58,985 bases of DNA from assembly GCA_018398765.1 (NCBI GenBank), contig JAHBMJ010000050.1, positions 1 to 58,985 of the forward strand, in the 5' to 3' direction. Each line of letters opens with the position of its first letter. The stretch's first letter is position 1. The notes under the pieces are model-generated. The model saw only the letters and a program-made list of their open reading frames with translations, was not told the DNA's origin and ran no database searches. Positions 12,632 through 23,827 of this stretch are shown one piece after another. The DNA comes from Chromera velia. Taxonomy: Eukaryota. The translations under genes and the position numbers were made by a program.

Positions 12632-13462
12632 TAAATCTAGTGTTAAGTCGATTTGAATTTATTTGTAAATTGACTCTTTTTTTTAGCTTTATGATTTATG
12701 TTACAAGTTTAATATGTGAACTTTGTGAAGCTCTCAGACTAGCTCTCAGAAGCTTTTTTAGAAGTCAGCATAGTCTCATACATATTTTTAAAATCTATTC
12801 AAATAACATAATAAGTCCGAAATAAACGTGAAATATTCTGGGAAATATTGTGATTTAAGGGCTACTGAAGGCAGCGAAGCTAGTATACTATACTGCTATA
12901 CAACCATATAGACCCCGGCGTTCAACCGTCACCCCGCCCATCAACTAGCCGATCAATTTTGTTGGGACGACCTCTATAGGACAAAATAGCGACAGTGCGC
13001 TCATGCAGCTAGGCACCACTAAATCACTTATCACTGAATTCTCTATAACGGTTTTGTAGATATTCTATCGAGATATCTTAGGAGATATGTCTGTATTATT
13101 AATTCTACGTAGTAGTAGTAGTAATCTATAGTAACCTAGCTACATACTATAGTAGATATCGATAGATTCGATACAAACGCTAGTATAAACGGAACTTGAA
13201 TGTCATACGCCCCGCAGTTAGCCAGAGCCTAAGAGGTGTGCTCACCGGCTTTGACTGCCTTAATTCATATACTTCTTTACATGGTAGTAAGATGAAGGTA
13301 TGACAGTCAGTCTGATATATCAATAACTGCGGAGTGTCTGCATGTAGTCTCGCTCCCTTCCAGAGTAACGCATCCTGTCCTCACGTGAATAAAAACGGCA
13401 ACCGACGGTTTGCAAGAAACAGGTGGAAACCGCTGAATGAAAGGGGTGTGTGAGAATGAACT

Positions 13463-14539
13463 TCAAGCTGGCAGTGCGTGTGCAGAGCTGGATGATCTGT
13501 CAGATCGATCAGACCACTGCTGCGGTCTGAATTCTGCCATCGTAATGGGAGAGCAGCCGAGCAGAAGCGGGGTCGAGAAGACGGGAGTTGGGTGATTTGC
13601 TTCCGCTCTCTCTCTCTCTCCCCGTCCTGCCAAACTTGTCTTGCTGCTGTACTGCACAGGCGCCTCCTGGGGGTTGGATGCGGAGGCACCAAGACTTAGT
13701 GCGGGTGAGGGGGGCCTGGACCCGTTCACGGGGTAGGAAAGGCCGTCAGCCAGAGGTCGGAATGGCTCAACGGGAAAAGCCCAATCCCAACCGAACTGTC
13801 CAAATGTCTGTTCAAGATTCTGCATGACACTCAATGAGTAGGGGTTCCTTCCGGGATACCCGGACTCCAGAGTGGTCTGATTGCAGGCAAGAAGATACAA
13901 ATGTCCCCAGAACATCATTTGGAGAGAGAGAACAAAGGTAATCGACAGACCCCAACCGAAAATGAATGAAATCCATACCCCCGGACCCATAGCTCGGATT
14001 AGGGAAGGATCTTTGATGGCACCAAACCAGGTCTTTCCGGCTGTGGCTGCGTAGAACAGAGCACACACACTTCCCCAAAAATTCAGAAGGAGGAAGTGCT
14101 TGTGGTTCTTAAAGCCTATGCAGTTACCAATCCACGGACAGTGGTGGTCCATGCGGAGAACACAGAATCCGCATATTGAACAGTGGTGCGCCCTTTCTGG
14201 TCGTTTGATGTCACACTTGTTGCAGTGTTGCGCCATTCGGGGACACCACCGTCTGTAGACGTCTGCGGTGGGCACATCGGAATTCCTGATCAAGCTCAGC
14301 CACGTCTCTGGCAGCCTTCCGGGCTCAGTCGCCACTGTCTTCCAGTAGCTCCACACGGCACAAACCCAGAGGAGGGCAAAGGAAACTTGGTAGACAATTG
14401 CAAGCCTCGGGGAGAGGGGAGACAGCATCAGGTGGCAAAAGTGGTACTCGTAAGTGACCACCTCGAAAGCATAGAAGAAAATTACTATGGCCAGTGGGAG
14501 GGTCGAGGTAACCCGCACCCAAGCACTTGTGGAGTGCAT
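13463..14539 (-). CDS. DHHC palmitoyl acyltransferase (intronless)
   Basis: [38 protein letters not shown] cysteine-rich domain, EPG, TTLE, NPY...NLEQTFG, and four hydrophobic segments. Start placed at MHSTS (14539); the ORF stays open to 14869. Confidence 0.93.
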   Translation of the reverse strand: MHSTSAWVRVTSTLPLAIVIFFYAFEVVTYEYHFCHLMLSPLSPRLAIVYQVSFALLWVCAVWSYWKTVATEPGRLPETWLSLIRNSDVPTADVYRRWCPRMAQHCNKCDIKRPERAHHCSICGFCVLRMDHHCPWIGNCIGFKNHKHFLLLNFWGSVCALFYAATAGKTWFGAIKDPSLIRAMGPGVWISFIFGWGLSITFVLSLQMMFWGHLYLLACNQTTLESGYPGRNPYSLSVMQNLEQTFGQFGWDWAFPVEPFRPLADGLSYPVNGSRPPSPALSLGASASNPQEAPVQYSSKTSLAGRGERERAEANHPTPVFSTPLLLGCSPITMAEFRPQQWSDRSDRSSSSAHALPA

Positions 14540-14859
14540 GCTCAGAGCAGTGAATGGGGCAGAAGAAAGAGACCAAATCCCGCACAGATTCAGGGGGAAT
14601 CGGTCAGAGCTGTTTGGATATCCATATGTGCTTCCTTCGCATTCGCGTAGACGGTTGCTAGCTGGATCACTCTTCAACAAATGTTGCTGGACTAACGGAG
14701 GAGCGGGACCGAGGGCGTTCTGCCGCAGTTGGTTCTGCTGTGAAGGACTCCTGTGAAGAATTTGACAGAGGTTGCATATATGGGGGAACGTCCCTGCCAG
14801 GCGTCGTCCGTATGTCGTCTGTGAGGTGGAGTCGTGGCTGCGCATGAATATCATTGCAT

Positions 14860-15200
14860 GAATTTGCATGATCGGAATCGCGGCGCGCGCGACGCGTGCG
14901 GGCCCGCGGGCGGCGCGGGCGTACGTGCACGCGATTTTCGATATCCGATTATATATTAATATATTAATTTTAATTCTTGAATTATAAAATTATATATAAT
15001 TAAGGGGCGCGGTTCATGCAGGTAGCTGGGGCGGGCCCTCGCATGCATGCGCAGCTCCACCCGGCCTCCGCGGCCGGGGCCATGTGCGCAGCGCTATATA
15101 GATCAAATTCAATTAATCCCGGCCGGCCGGCCGGCGGGAATATGCCGTGTGGATCCGGCTTGCATCCTATGATTCCTAATAATCGCCATGCAACTATGCA
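14860..15200. promoter_or_regulatory. Putative bidirectional promoter between the DHHC and histidine kinase genes
   Basis: CG-rich palindromic runs flank an almost pure A/T core (about 14948-15004). Several GCATG/GCATGC motifs are present. It lies between divergent starts. Confidence 0.4.
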
Positions 15201-15436
15201 GTGACTTTCCTCTTATATAGCTGTACAGCATATACTCATCTAATCCTGTAGATTCATCTACCTCAGACTATATACCTGTGCCTGGGTGCCCTGTGTACTC
15301 CGTCTAGACGCCAAAGAAACTTCCTCTCTTCTCCCGCACGAAAGTTGTTCAGACTGTTGTTTAACATCGCCTGGAGTCGTCGCCTTCAATTGAAACTTCT
15401 GAATAGGATCTCACATTGTCCAGTTTGACAGGGAGT

Positions 15437-18400
15437 ATGTTTGCTCCAAGCGCTGCCACAGCAGATCCACAAAGCTTCACGAAAGGGGACAGGGAGGGCA
15501 CAAAGCTTTCCAACGACTTCAGGCGCAAATGTTTCGAGGGACAGGTGAGTAAATATATGACTGCGTATCCCCACATGATGTATATATATATATATATATT
15601 AATGAGTTTGTATGTCTCCCGCACGGTCTTTCTGCAGCAAAAGTTCTTGAGCTTTGCGATCGTCCCTTCCTCCCTGGGAACGGTCGTGTTTGCTCTCGGA
15701 CTGCTCTGGGCTGGACAGAATGAGGCTCTGCCGGTAAACAGCTTCGCCGTTGGTGCCTTCAGCCTGCTGGTGTCGATGCAGCCTCAGCGGGTTTTCCGAC
15801 AACCCGACATGAGTTCCGATGTGAGGGGTTACGTGACGCTCGCTGGTCTTACAGGCTTTGTGGGTGGTTTACACCTTTCCATCGTCACCTGGACACCTGC
15901 GCCAACGGTTTTCCTCCTTGGGTATGGAGGCACAGGTATGCAGCGTCAATTTGACTGACCTTAATTTCACCCTTTGGGCATCCTTGAATCCTGACAGCCT
16001 TTTTTCTTTTCTTGTCCATGTTACAGCAGCTCGGTAAATAATCGTTGGCTGTGCGTCTCACTGCTGCAGCATACTTCACGAAGACGTTCTTGTCCCACCT
16101 TTACATTCCCGCTTGGCACTTCCTCTTCGTCAACTTTGTGGACTCCCTCCTGTGGACGCTCGTCGGTCTCTACAGATTCGCTGGGCACGAAGAGGCGAAA
16201 GAGATGGTGCCGTTTGTTTTGGCAATGAGTGTCCTTCCATTCTTCGTAGGGTGCGGTCTCCGGCACCTTCAGACGAGCACTTTGACGGACGCAGAGATGG
16301 AGGTGCAACAGCGGCTGCGTGCAGAGCAGGCGAGGGACGTCTTCCCCAGCTACATCATGCATGAGATGCGCAACCCGCTTTCCGGGGCCGCGCTGCTGGT
16401 GTATGAATTCCTTGAGTCTCTCAAAGATCTGGCGCAGTCCTCGAGGGACAGGAGGCTGTCTCCGCAGAGCTTCATGCGGGCGACCTTGCAGGAGGCCGTG
16501 CGTCTTCGGCAGCTCGCCTCGTTGATGGCATCCCAGATAGATAAGATGAGGACAGTGGGCGACGACGTGCTGCAGGTCGGTCGCTCAGCTTCGTCTGTGT
16601 TGCTTTTTCTCTTCGCTGTGACACTTCAATTTGTTTGGTTTTTCTCGCTGATTTCGTCTTTTGTTCTGTTTTTTTTTTTTTTCTGAGAAACCGAAAGAAA
16701 ATATGAGGACCGTGTGCGACGGTATGCATGATCTTTCTTTTTTCTTCGATGCAGCTGGAGAAGATTCAGAAGGGGAAGTTCGCGTATCACTTCGGTCCCC
16801 TGGTGCTGGAAGATTGGATCACAAAAGTATCAACCCACGCAGCCCCCCTCTTTGCCTCCGAACACGTAACCCCGCGACGACAAAGTGCAAGTCGGAGTGC
16901 ATCCCCCCTGGGGCCACCCGTTCTTTTCGAATGGAGTCTCATTGTGGCTCCTGAGGCCCGATCCCGGCTTTCGTCACACCCTGTGGCGATCGCTGACTTC
17001 CTCCGCCTCGAACAAGTGATCAGCAACTTCCTCAGCAACGCCAAGAAGTTCACTCAGAGAGGAACCGTACGGTTACGCTTTGAAGTGTCCCTGCCGACTG
17101 CAGGAAACGGAGAGGAGAGCAGCTCTTTTGAAACGAAGCGCGAAAGCAGCGCTCACGCCATGTGTGTCTGCCAAAGAGGGCGTGAAGAAAGAAATCCCGT
17201 GGGTGGTTTTCCGGGTGTCAGTAATTGACTCAGGTGTAGGACTGAGTGAGGAGGACAGGCAGAAGCTGTTCAGACCGTACGGACAAGTGAGAGCCGGAGA
17301 GCTGCAGAATGGGGGTGGCACAGGGCTCGGCCTCTGTATCTGCAAGGCCTTTGTGGAGGAGCATGCGGGGGGGAGAGTGGGAGTTGAAAGCGCAGGGAGG
17401 GGGGAGGGAAGCACGTTTTTCTTTCAGATTCGGTTGCCACTGGTCGAGTCGGAGGCCACACTCACAAACCGCAGTCTTCGCGAAGAATCGTCGGGGGGGA
17501 AAATTGACAAAGCCGACGTGCTTAGTTCCGAAGCCCGACGCGAATCCATCCTGTCTCATTTTTCCGACGATGTAGACAGTGGTGGACTCTCTCCTGAATT
17601 GCTGATCCGGTCCAACGGCATCGTCAAGTCTAGCCGTTCTGATCTCGAGCTCGAAGCCCCGCTCGACAACGACGACGGGGCCACACCGTCGACAAAAGCG
17701 AGAGAGAGCGTCATGAGTCCGAAGTGGACCACCAGTGAGATCAGATCGGAGGCCCTCACTCCACAGCAGCAGCAGCAGCAGCAGGAGGAGAAGGAGGATG
17801 GGGAGGCGCAGATGGAGGGGGGGGGCGGGGAGTCCGAACCCGAACCCGCCGACGTTCTCCTCGTCGACGACGACCGATTCTGCCTAATGGCGGGGTCTGC
17901 TGCCATCCGCCGCCTCGGCTTCTCCGTGCGCACCGCAGAAGACGGGGAGGAGGCATGCGACCTGATCATATCGCAGAAGGCCTCCTTCCGGTTTGTCATC
18001 ATCGAAAAAAACATGGCACGCATGGAGGGCCCTGAAGCCATTACGCGGCTGTGTGATCACTTCTCGACCTCGAGAGAGCCGGCAGAAGAGGGGAGGCAAC
18101 ACGCACACAAAGGTCCGACCCGTCCCTGTATCATTGGGTATACAGGGGATGCAACCCCCGAGGCCAAACAAGTTTTCCTACGAGCAGGGGCAGACAGAGT
18201 GATCTTCAAGCCGTTGCAGCCCACGAGACTCGCAGAGACTCTCAAAGAGCTACAGCAGCTGTACCCCAACGAGCATCGATTGAATTTCCCATGTCATGCC
18301 GATCAACTCACAGATCAGAAAGAGTCTGACGCACGCACAAGCAACCAGGCGCTTCCTGATGTTCGCTCCCCCCCCCCTTGTTTCCTCCCCCACACCCTCA

Positions 18401-18835
18401 CCCGAACCCACAGACATTCTCCTCGTCGACGACGACCGATTCTGCCTAATGGCGGGGCCTGCTACCATCCGCCGCCTCGGCTTCTCCGTGCGCACCGCAG
18501 AAGACGGGGAGGAGGCATGCGACCTGATCATATCGCAGAAAGCCTCCTTCCGGTTTGTCATCATCGACAACCACATGCCTCGAATGGGCGGCCCTGAGGC
18601 AGTGAAGCGGCTGGTTGACCACTTCTCCGACGACACGGGAGAGAGAAGTTGTCGCCAAGACAGACCCGTGATCATCGGGTGCACTGGAGACACAACCTCC
18701 GAGTCCCACAGCCTCTTCACCAGAGCAGGGGCTGAGCACGTGTTGCTCAAGCCCCTCCACCCACCGCAACTAGCAGAGACCTTGAGGCACCTCGAGGCCT
18801 CTTCCCACCAGCGGAAGAAGAAAGATGACAGATAG
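15437..18835 (+). CDS. Membrane-anchored hybrid sensor histidine kinase (TM region, HisKA, HATPase, two receivers); two frameshifts, so either a pseudogene or assembly errors
   Basis: Exons about 15437-15544, 15638-15935, 16070-16575, then from 16755. H-box SYIMHEMRNPL, N-box RLEQVISNFLSNAKKFT, G1 DSGVGL, G2 GGTGLGL. Receivers LLVDDD...IIEKNM...KP and LLVDDD...IIDNHMP...KP. The frame changes near 17090-17200 and at the C10 run 18368-18377. Confidence 0.85.
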
Positions 18836-19397
18836 GACAAAGTAAGGAGAATTGCCGACTTCAGTTCATTTGAGTTTTTACGTGTTTTTGTTCTGTTCTG
18901 TTAAAAAAAAACAGCCTAGAGAAAGGCCGAGAAAAAAAAAAAGAGAGAGGCCGGGCGGTGAGCCTTGCAGAGTGAACCAGTACAGATCACACGCGAGAGC
19001 TTGCTGCCCATGTTCTGCTGAATTCCATTTTGCAAATCTGTATGTACTTCTTGGACGGAGTGAAGGAGTCCGTATTGATGCCTGCCAGTGGGAACTTTAC
19101 CTGTGAACCCAACGTGAATGGGCGGGAAGTGAAGGGAAGGGAAGCGTTACTTGGAAACCAAACTCGAGGAAGTTTTTTAACTGCTACAGATTGCCTGTGC
19201 CGACACCAGGGGAGGCTCAGCGCTTCGGTTCTATGCTCTATGAGCTCTGTCAGCCGAAATGTGGAACCCAATGCACGTGTACACATACCATGCACATGCA
19301 ACTTTGAAAGACTCTGCATGAGGACCGCGGATCATGTGGAACCAGCAGGCATCGGTGGATCGACAGCCTCGATCGAGCGTGTACACTGACTCCACAA

Positions 19398-19660
19398 TAG
19401 ATTCCCACAAGAGCGTTCATTCAAAATAACTCATCGTCCTCTGGATTGGGAACTGCTGTTTACAACGAGTGATGAAGGTTTGAATCGTATGGATGTTATG
19501 GGCCGCCTTGATGTTTATTGCGAGCTCCTTCAAATGCCCTTCTCAATCTAGGTGAATGGATGTGAACGGAACTTGCATGTCATGCCTCGATTAGCAGAAG
19601 AGCCCATGCAAGCGGTATAGCTTATCGGCTTTAACCCTAGTTTTAACTAGTTTTAACCGT
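19398..19660 (+). mobile_element. Possible 5'-truncated non-LTR retroelement 3' end
   Basis: An ATG-less reading frame (RFPQERSF...LLQMPFSI*) is followed by a UTR with a CTTGCATG/CATGCAAG stem and a short (TAGTTTTAAC) tail. Part of the UTR recurs at 13188-13255. Confidence 0.35.
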
Positions 19661-20171
19661 AACAATTATCAATCAGACTAGCAATGAGACTGGCAAAATT
19701 ATCGTCATCATATGTCATCATCATTAAATAATAAACAAGAATAGCATAATACTGGTAGCAGAAGTAGTGTTGATATGTAACAGTATAGTTATAAATATTA
19801 TCAAAAATATTGTATTCATATAAGAATATACTAGTACAATAAAAAGGTACATCGTCATCTGCCTAGTCACTTGTAGTTACCTGCCAGCCCCCGGGCCCGC
19901 CCGATGGCCCGCCTCGGCGCCGGCCCGCCCGCGCCGGCCCGCCGTTGAATCGAAAGACTATATACATGAAAGACTCGATCATTAATCGGTTAACTTTTCA
20001 TGCATGATCGACAATCGGATAGTCTTTCGCCGCGTGCACAATCCTCGAGCGGGCTGCATGAAGCATATGTGCTGAATTTGCAACTAACACCAGGTTAGGC
20101 TCCTCAATCGCCAGTGAGACTTCATGAAAATATATTTCCCTGCTGATTGACCAATCTTCGTATCTGCGATC

Positions 20172-21672
20172 ATGCGTAGAAGCTTCAAGCTATCTCTGGT
20201 CTTCGGTCTCGCTGCCGTCTCCTCTTCTTCCGGCCAAGTTTCTGCGCGGAGCCTGCTTCGAGGAGGTACGCGTCAGACTCTCGCAATGAATCACCTGCAT
20301 GTGTGCACCTGAAACACTTCTTCTCTGCAAATACAGTGGTCATTGCCGCTTCTCCATCTTGTTGCACCAAAGGAGGAGCCCGTCTACGTATCATGAGATA
20401 TATATACAAACTCACAAACCGATCCGTCTCCTGCGGTTTCTTGCAGGTTTGCTCAGGCAAGACCTCGCAGAAAAAGAAAACTCCGAAGCTCCTCAGGTGA
20501 CCGATCTACCGTCCCCCCGCTCTTCTGAAGCTGCCAGTCCCAACCCAAGTGCCCTCCTCTCTCGGAGTCCTGCGGGCGTGGAGCTTGACGCCTTTCCATC
20601 CGAGTCCTTCTTTGGAGTGCTGGTCGCCTCCTTCAATCTTCACCGAAACAACGAAGGGTCTGTGGATGCCGTGGACATGGAGGGTTGGATCTCTTTGACT
20701 GCTTCGGCTTCTGACTGCGAGAGAGGTGCATTTGAGGATTTGCTGAGCCTAGTGCTGAGCAGAACTGTGCTTGGATTCCAAACGGAGTGTTGCACTCAGG
20801 GCAGCGAAGTCATTTGTTCGGCACCGTCTTCCTCCTCGCTGTTACCAGATGGTGATGCGACAACAAAAACAACAGCACTCCATCCTGATACAACGCGTGA
20901 AGGATATTCTTTTAGATTTGAAGTCCGGAATCTGAAGGTAGAGGACCGGGAGACTCCAATCCCACCCTTCTTCCCACCTCTTCCCGATGGCAAAAGTGAA
21001 ATCCCAACTCGTCTCCCAATGAGACTCCACAACAACCCAAGTGCGCTTCTCGCCCGGGGGCCCAAACTTCCTGGGGCTCAGACTGAATCTGTGGCAATGA
21101 GGTCAACTCGGATTCCCGACAGGGATGACTCTCTTGATCCTCTTGTTGATCCTCGTGTTCGCCGTGAAGGAGATACTCTGACCTTCGACGGGGGCTTTCC
21201 TCTTGAGGGTACTCACCTGCCCGCTTGCGGATCGGATTGCGAACACTTCGCTTCAACTCTGAGAGACCAGTGCAAGGGCAGCGACTGTCCGTCGACCGTG
21301 CTGCAGTCCCTCATTGGGTCGTCTTTTTCAAGTTGGCTTACCCACGTGAGTATCAAGCAAAAAAGTCAACTTGAAGGCCTTGTGGAAAGTGCAGCAGACA
21401 TCGAGGGATTCATCTCGGGGGCCTGGACGCCGGCATGGGATGCCGACCCGACATTTGAGTGCAAAAGACCTGTTTTTGACGGGTTATTGGCGGATTGTTG
21501 CGACACCCCTGGTGGCGGCAGCATGTTTTGTTATTCGTCTTTCTTCCCGCATTTTCAAAACGACTGGATTGATGATCACCAGACGATACAAATCGACTTT
21601 TGGGAAACTAACTCTCCTGGAATATACAAGCTTTCAGCCAGAAACATGAAGCTCAAAACTCCAGGGTTTTGA
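20172..21672 (+). CDS. Unknown secreted Cys-containing protein with two diverged tandem domains (3 exons)
   Basis: Exons 20172-20265, 20337-20387 and 20447-21672 join in frame. Signal-peptide-like start MRRSFKLSLVFGLAAVSSSSG. Internal repeat pairs: NPSALLSRSP/NPSALLARGP, AVDMEGWIS/AADIEGFIS, ECC/DCC, VRNLK/ARNMK. Confidence 0.75.
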
Positions 21673-22450
21673 GTCCTGCACGATCGAGTGCATGTCTTCT
21701 GATAACGTGCGATCAGCCGTGAGTCTCGAAATCAGGGCAGACAGCCGCATCGCCGGAAGAGTGCCCGCACAACGCATTGGGCTCTTTTGTTTTGTGTGAT
21801 TGTTTGTTGTGACTGGACAGTCACTCTTAAAGGGCCGCACTGCTGTACCCTGATGCGAGGGCTTTCTCAGAGGAGAAGGGGGAGGAGGAGGAGGAGGAGG
21901 AGGAGATAGTAGTAGTAGGAGAGTGAGAGTCAATGGTTTTATTTTTTACAATCGCTTGATACTCTCAATTGTACAGATGCTTGTATGCCTCTCTCAGTGG
22001 TGCACGGTCTGCTAAATTTGCCTCTTTGTTTGTTTGTTTATTTTGTTTATCGAAGCTTGTTTCCGTCTTCCACTTGGAGAGCTGGATTATTGGTATGAAG
22101 AGAAAGCACGCACAAGTACTCCCTGTGTCCGACCATACGGCATATGCTGCGTGCATAACGCTAGTGAGCACGTCTTTGAGCGAGAGCTGCGCTACGCCCC
22201 TGCCAGCATGAAATGTGTACGTACCTATGTCCGACTGCTAGTCCGACTGGCAGGCGCGTGACTTTAGAAGTAAAGGACACCCAACGTCGCAACCTGTTGA
22301 AAGCCCTATTTGATGCATGCTTACTTCTTTAAGTTGATATCCAGAAAAAAAATGAATGAATTATAGATGCATGTTGATATTTTATAAATTAATTTGTAAT
22401 AAATGACAGACATTTACAGTTAACAAGGCTCCGATTATGCTCGTCAACTA

Positions 22451-22680
22451 GGCTCCCCATATAAAAAAAGAAAATAAAAAAGTAATCGCCTAAAATTGAT
22501 TTTTAAGTTTCTTTTTTTTTTTTTTAGTTTTTTTAAACAACACTGGTGCATTGTGCAACACCCATGCAACACCCCATTGACCCCAAACAACAGTTGTTTA
22601 GGTATTCTTCTATAAAAAATTAAAAAAACAGCTAATTAAGCTTTTAGCCTTTTCTTTTTTATATTTTGTTATGGGGAGCC
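22451..22680. mobile_element. MITE-like element, about 230 bp
   Basis: Terminal inverted repeat GGCTCCCCATA / TATGGGGAGCC, TA on both sides, with A-rich and T-rich subterminal arms. Confidence 0.6.
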
Positions 22681-22915
22681 TATAGCTTTTGAATTTGGTG
22701 CCGTGAAACTTGAATGTTGAAACCATAACTAGCTTGAGTACTAGAGCTAGTGTAGTATGGTACTACAAGGTACTACAACTATAGCCTAGAGAGTATATAT
22801 AACAGTATTATAACTTAATAGCTTCAAAGTCTACTACTATAACATTTTTCTTAGAATTTTTAATGGAATCAATTCATTAAATTCTCCAGTAAACTGTAAA
22901 ATACTAGTAGACGTC

Positions 22916-23019
22916 TACTATATGGCTAGGCGGCTAGCTACTAATCTAGAACCAGCTTAAGAGTCACGCTCTCAATCGCAGGCTGAAACCTATATAGCTA
23001 GCCAGCCTAGCCTATAGTA
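22916..23019. repeat. About 100-bp imperfect palindrome
   Basis: TACTATATGGCTAGGCGGCTAGCTA pairs with TAGCTAGCCAGCCTAGCCTATAGTA. Confidence 0.7.
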
Positions 23020-23682
23020 ATATATACTAATTAAGACAAGAGTCTGTTTTAAAGCTTAAGCCATGCAGAGCTTAAAAATATAAGCATTAAATCTTTAAAA
23101 TTGATTTACAAGCTCAAAAATCAGTAAAACTTATTGAAAAACATATAATTAGACAGTGTATTAGTAATTAATTAGTGAGCACGATCACGATTGCTGCATA
23201 TACCACGTACTAAGCTCTCTGCTTGGACTGATGACCATTTGATACAATGCGAATTCAGACATATTGGTATAAGAACGCGGCGGCATCACTACTCAGTCTG
23301 CTCTTACTTTTGTCTCCGTTTGCACATAACAGTTTGTCGGGTCGTTTGTGTGTGCATTTTGGAAAACTCAGAGCTAGACTCAGAGCGGCTGAAAATGCGC
23401 ATCAAAGTAAGCATGTTTCCAGTGCTACCGCACTGCTGTGTAATATGTGAAACACGCACTTGAACTTCCACCTAAAAATCTTATTTGGCTGAATCTTCAA
23501 CCAAGTTTCCAACGGTTTGCCACTTACATTCTCTCGCGCCTTACTTATCTTTGTTGCAGAGTGCTTGTCGTCTACCTATTTGTCTGTCTCTCTACTCATC
23601 CGTCTCTCTGTCTGCCTACCTTTCCTCTGGTCTTTCTGTCCGCCCGTCTGTCTGTCTGTTTGTCTGACTGTCTATCTATCTA

Positions 23683-23713
<31 letters not shown>

Positions 23714-23827
23714 TTGTGTACACGCTGATCGAGACATTGCTGCTGTTGATCGTGATACCAAAGTTCGAAGATCGAAGCCGACAGAAGCCGATGAGGCTTG
23801 AATTTCTCAAACCGGAACCCCATTCAT

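Noticed and set aside
14540..14869. Upstream extension of the DHHC ORF
   Set aside because: No family similarity, and it runs into promoter-like sequence; not excluded, but unsupported.
16027..16045. In-frame stop at the start of kinase exon 3
   Set aside because: An alternative acceptor at 16068-16069 restores the frame, so it is not counted as a lesion.
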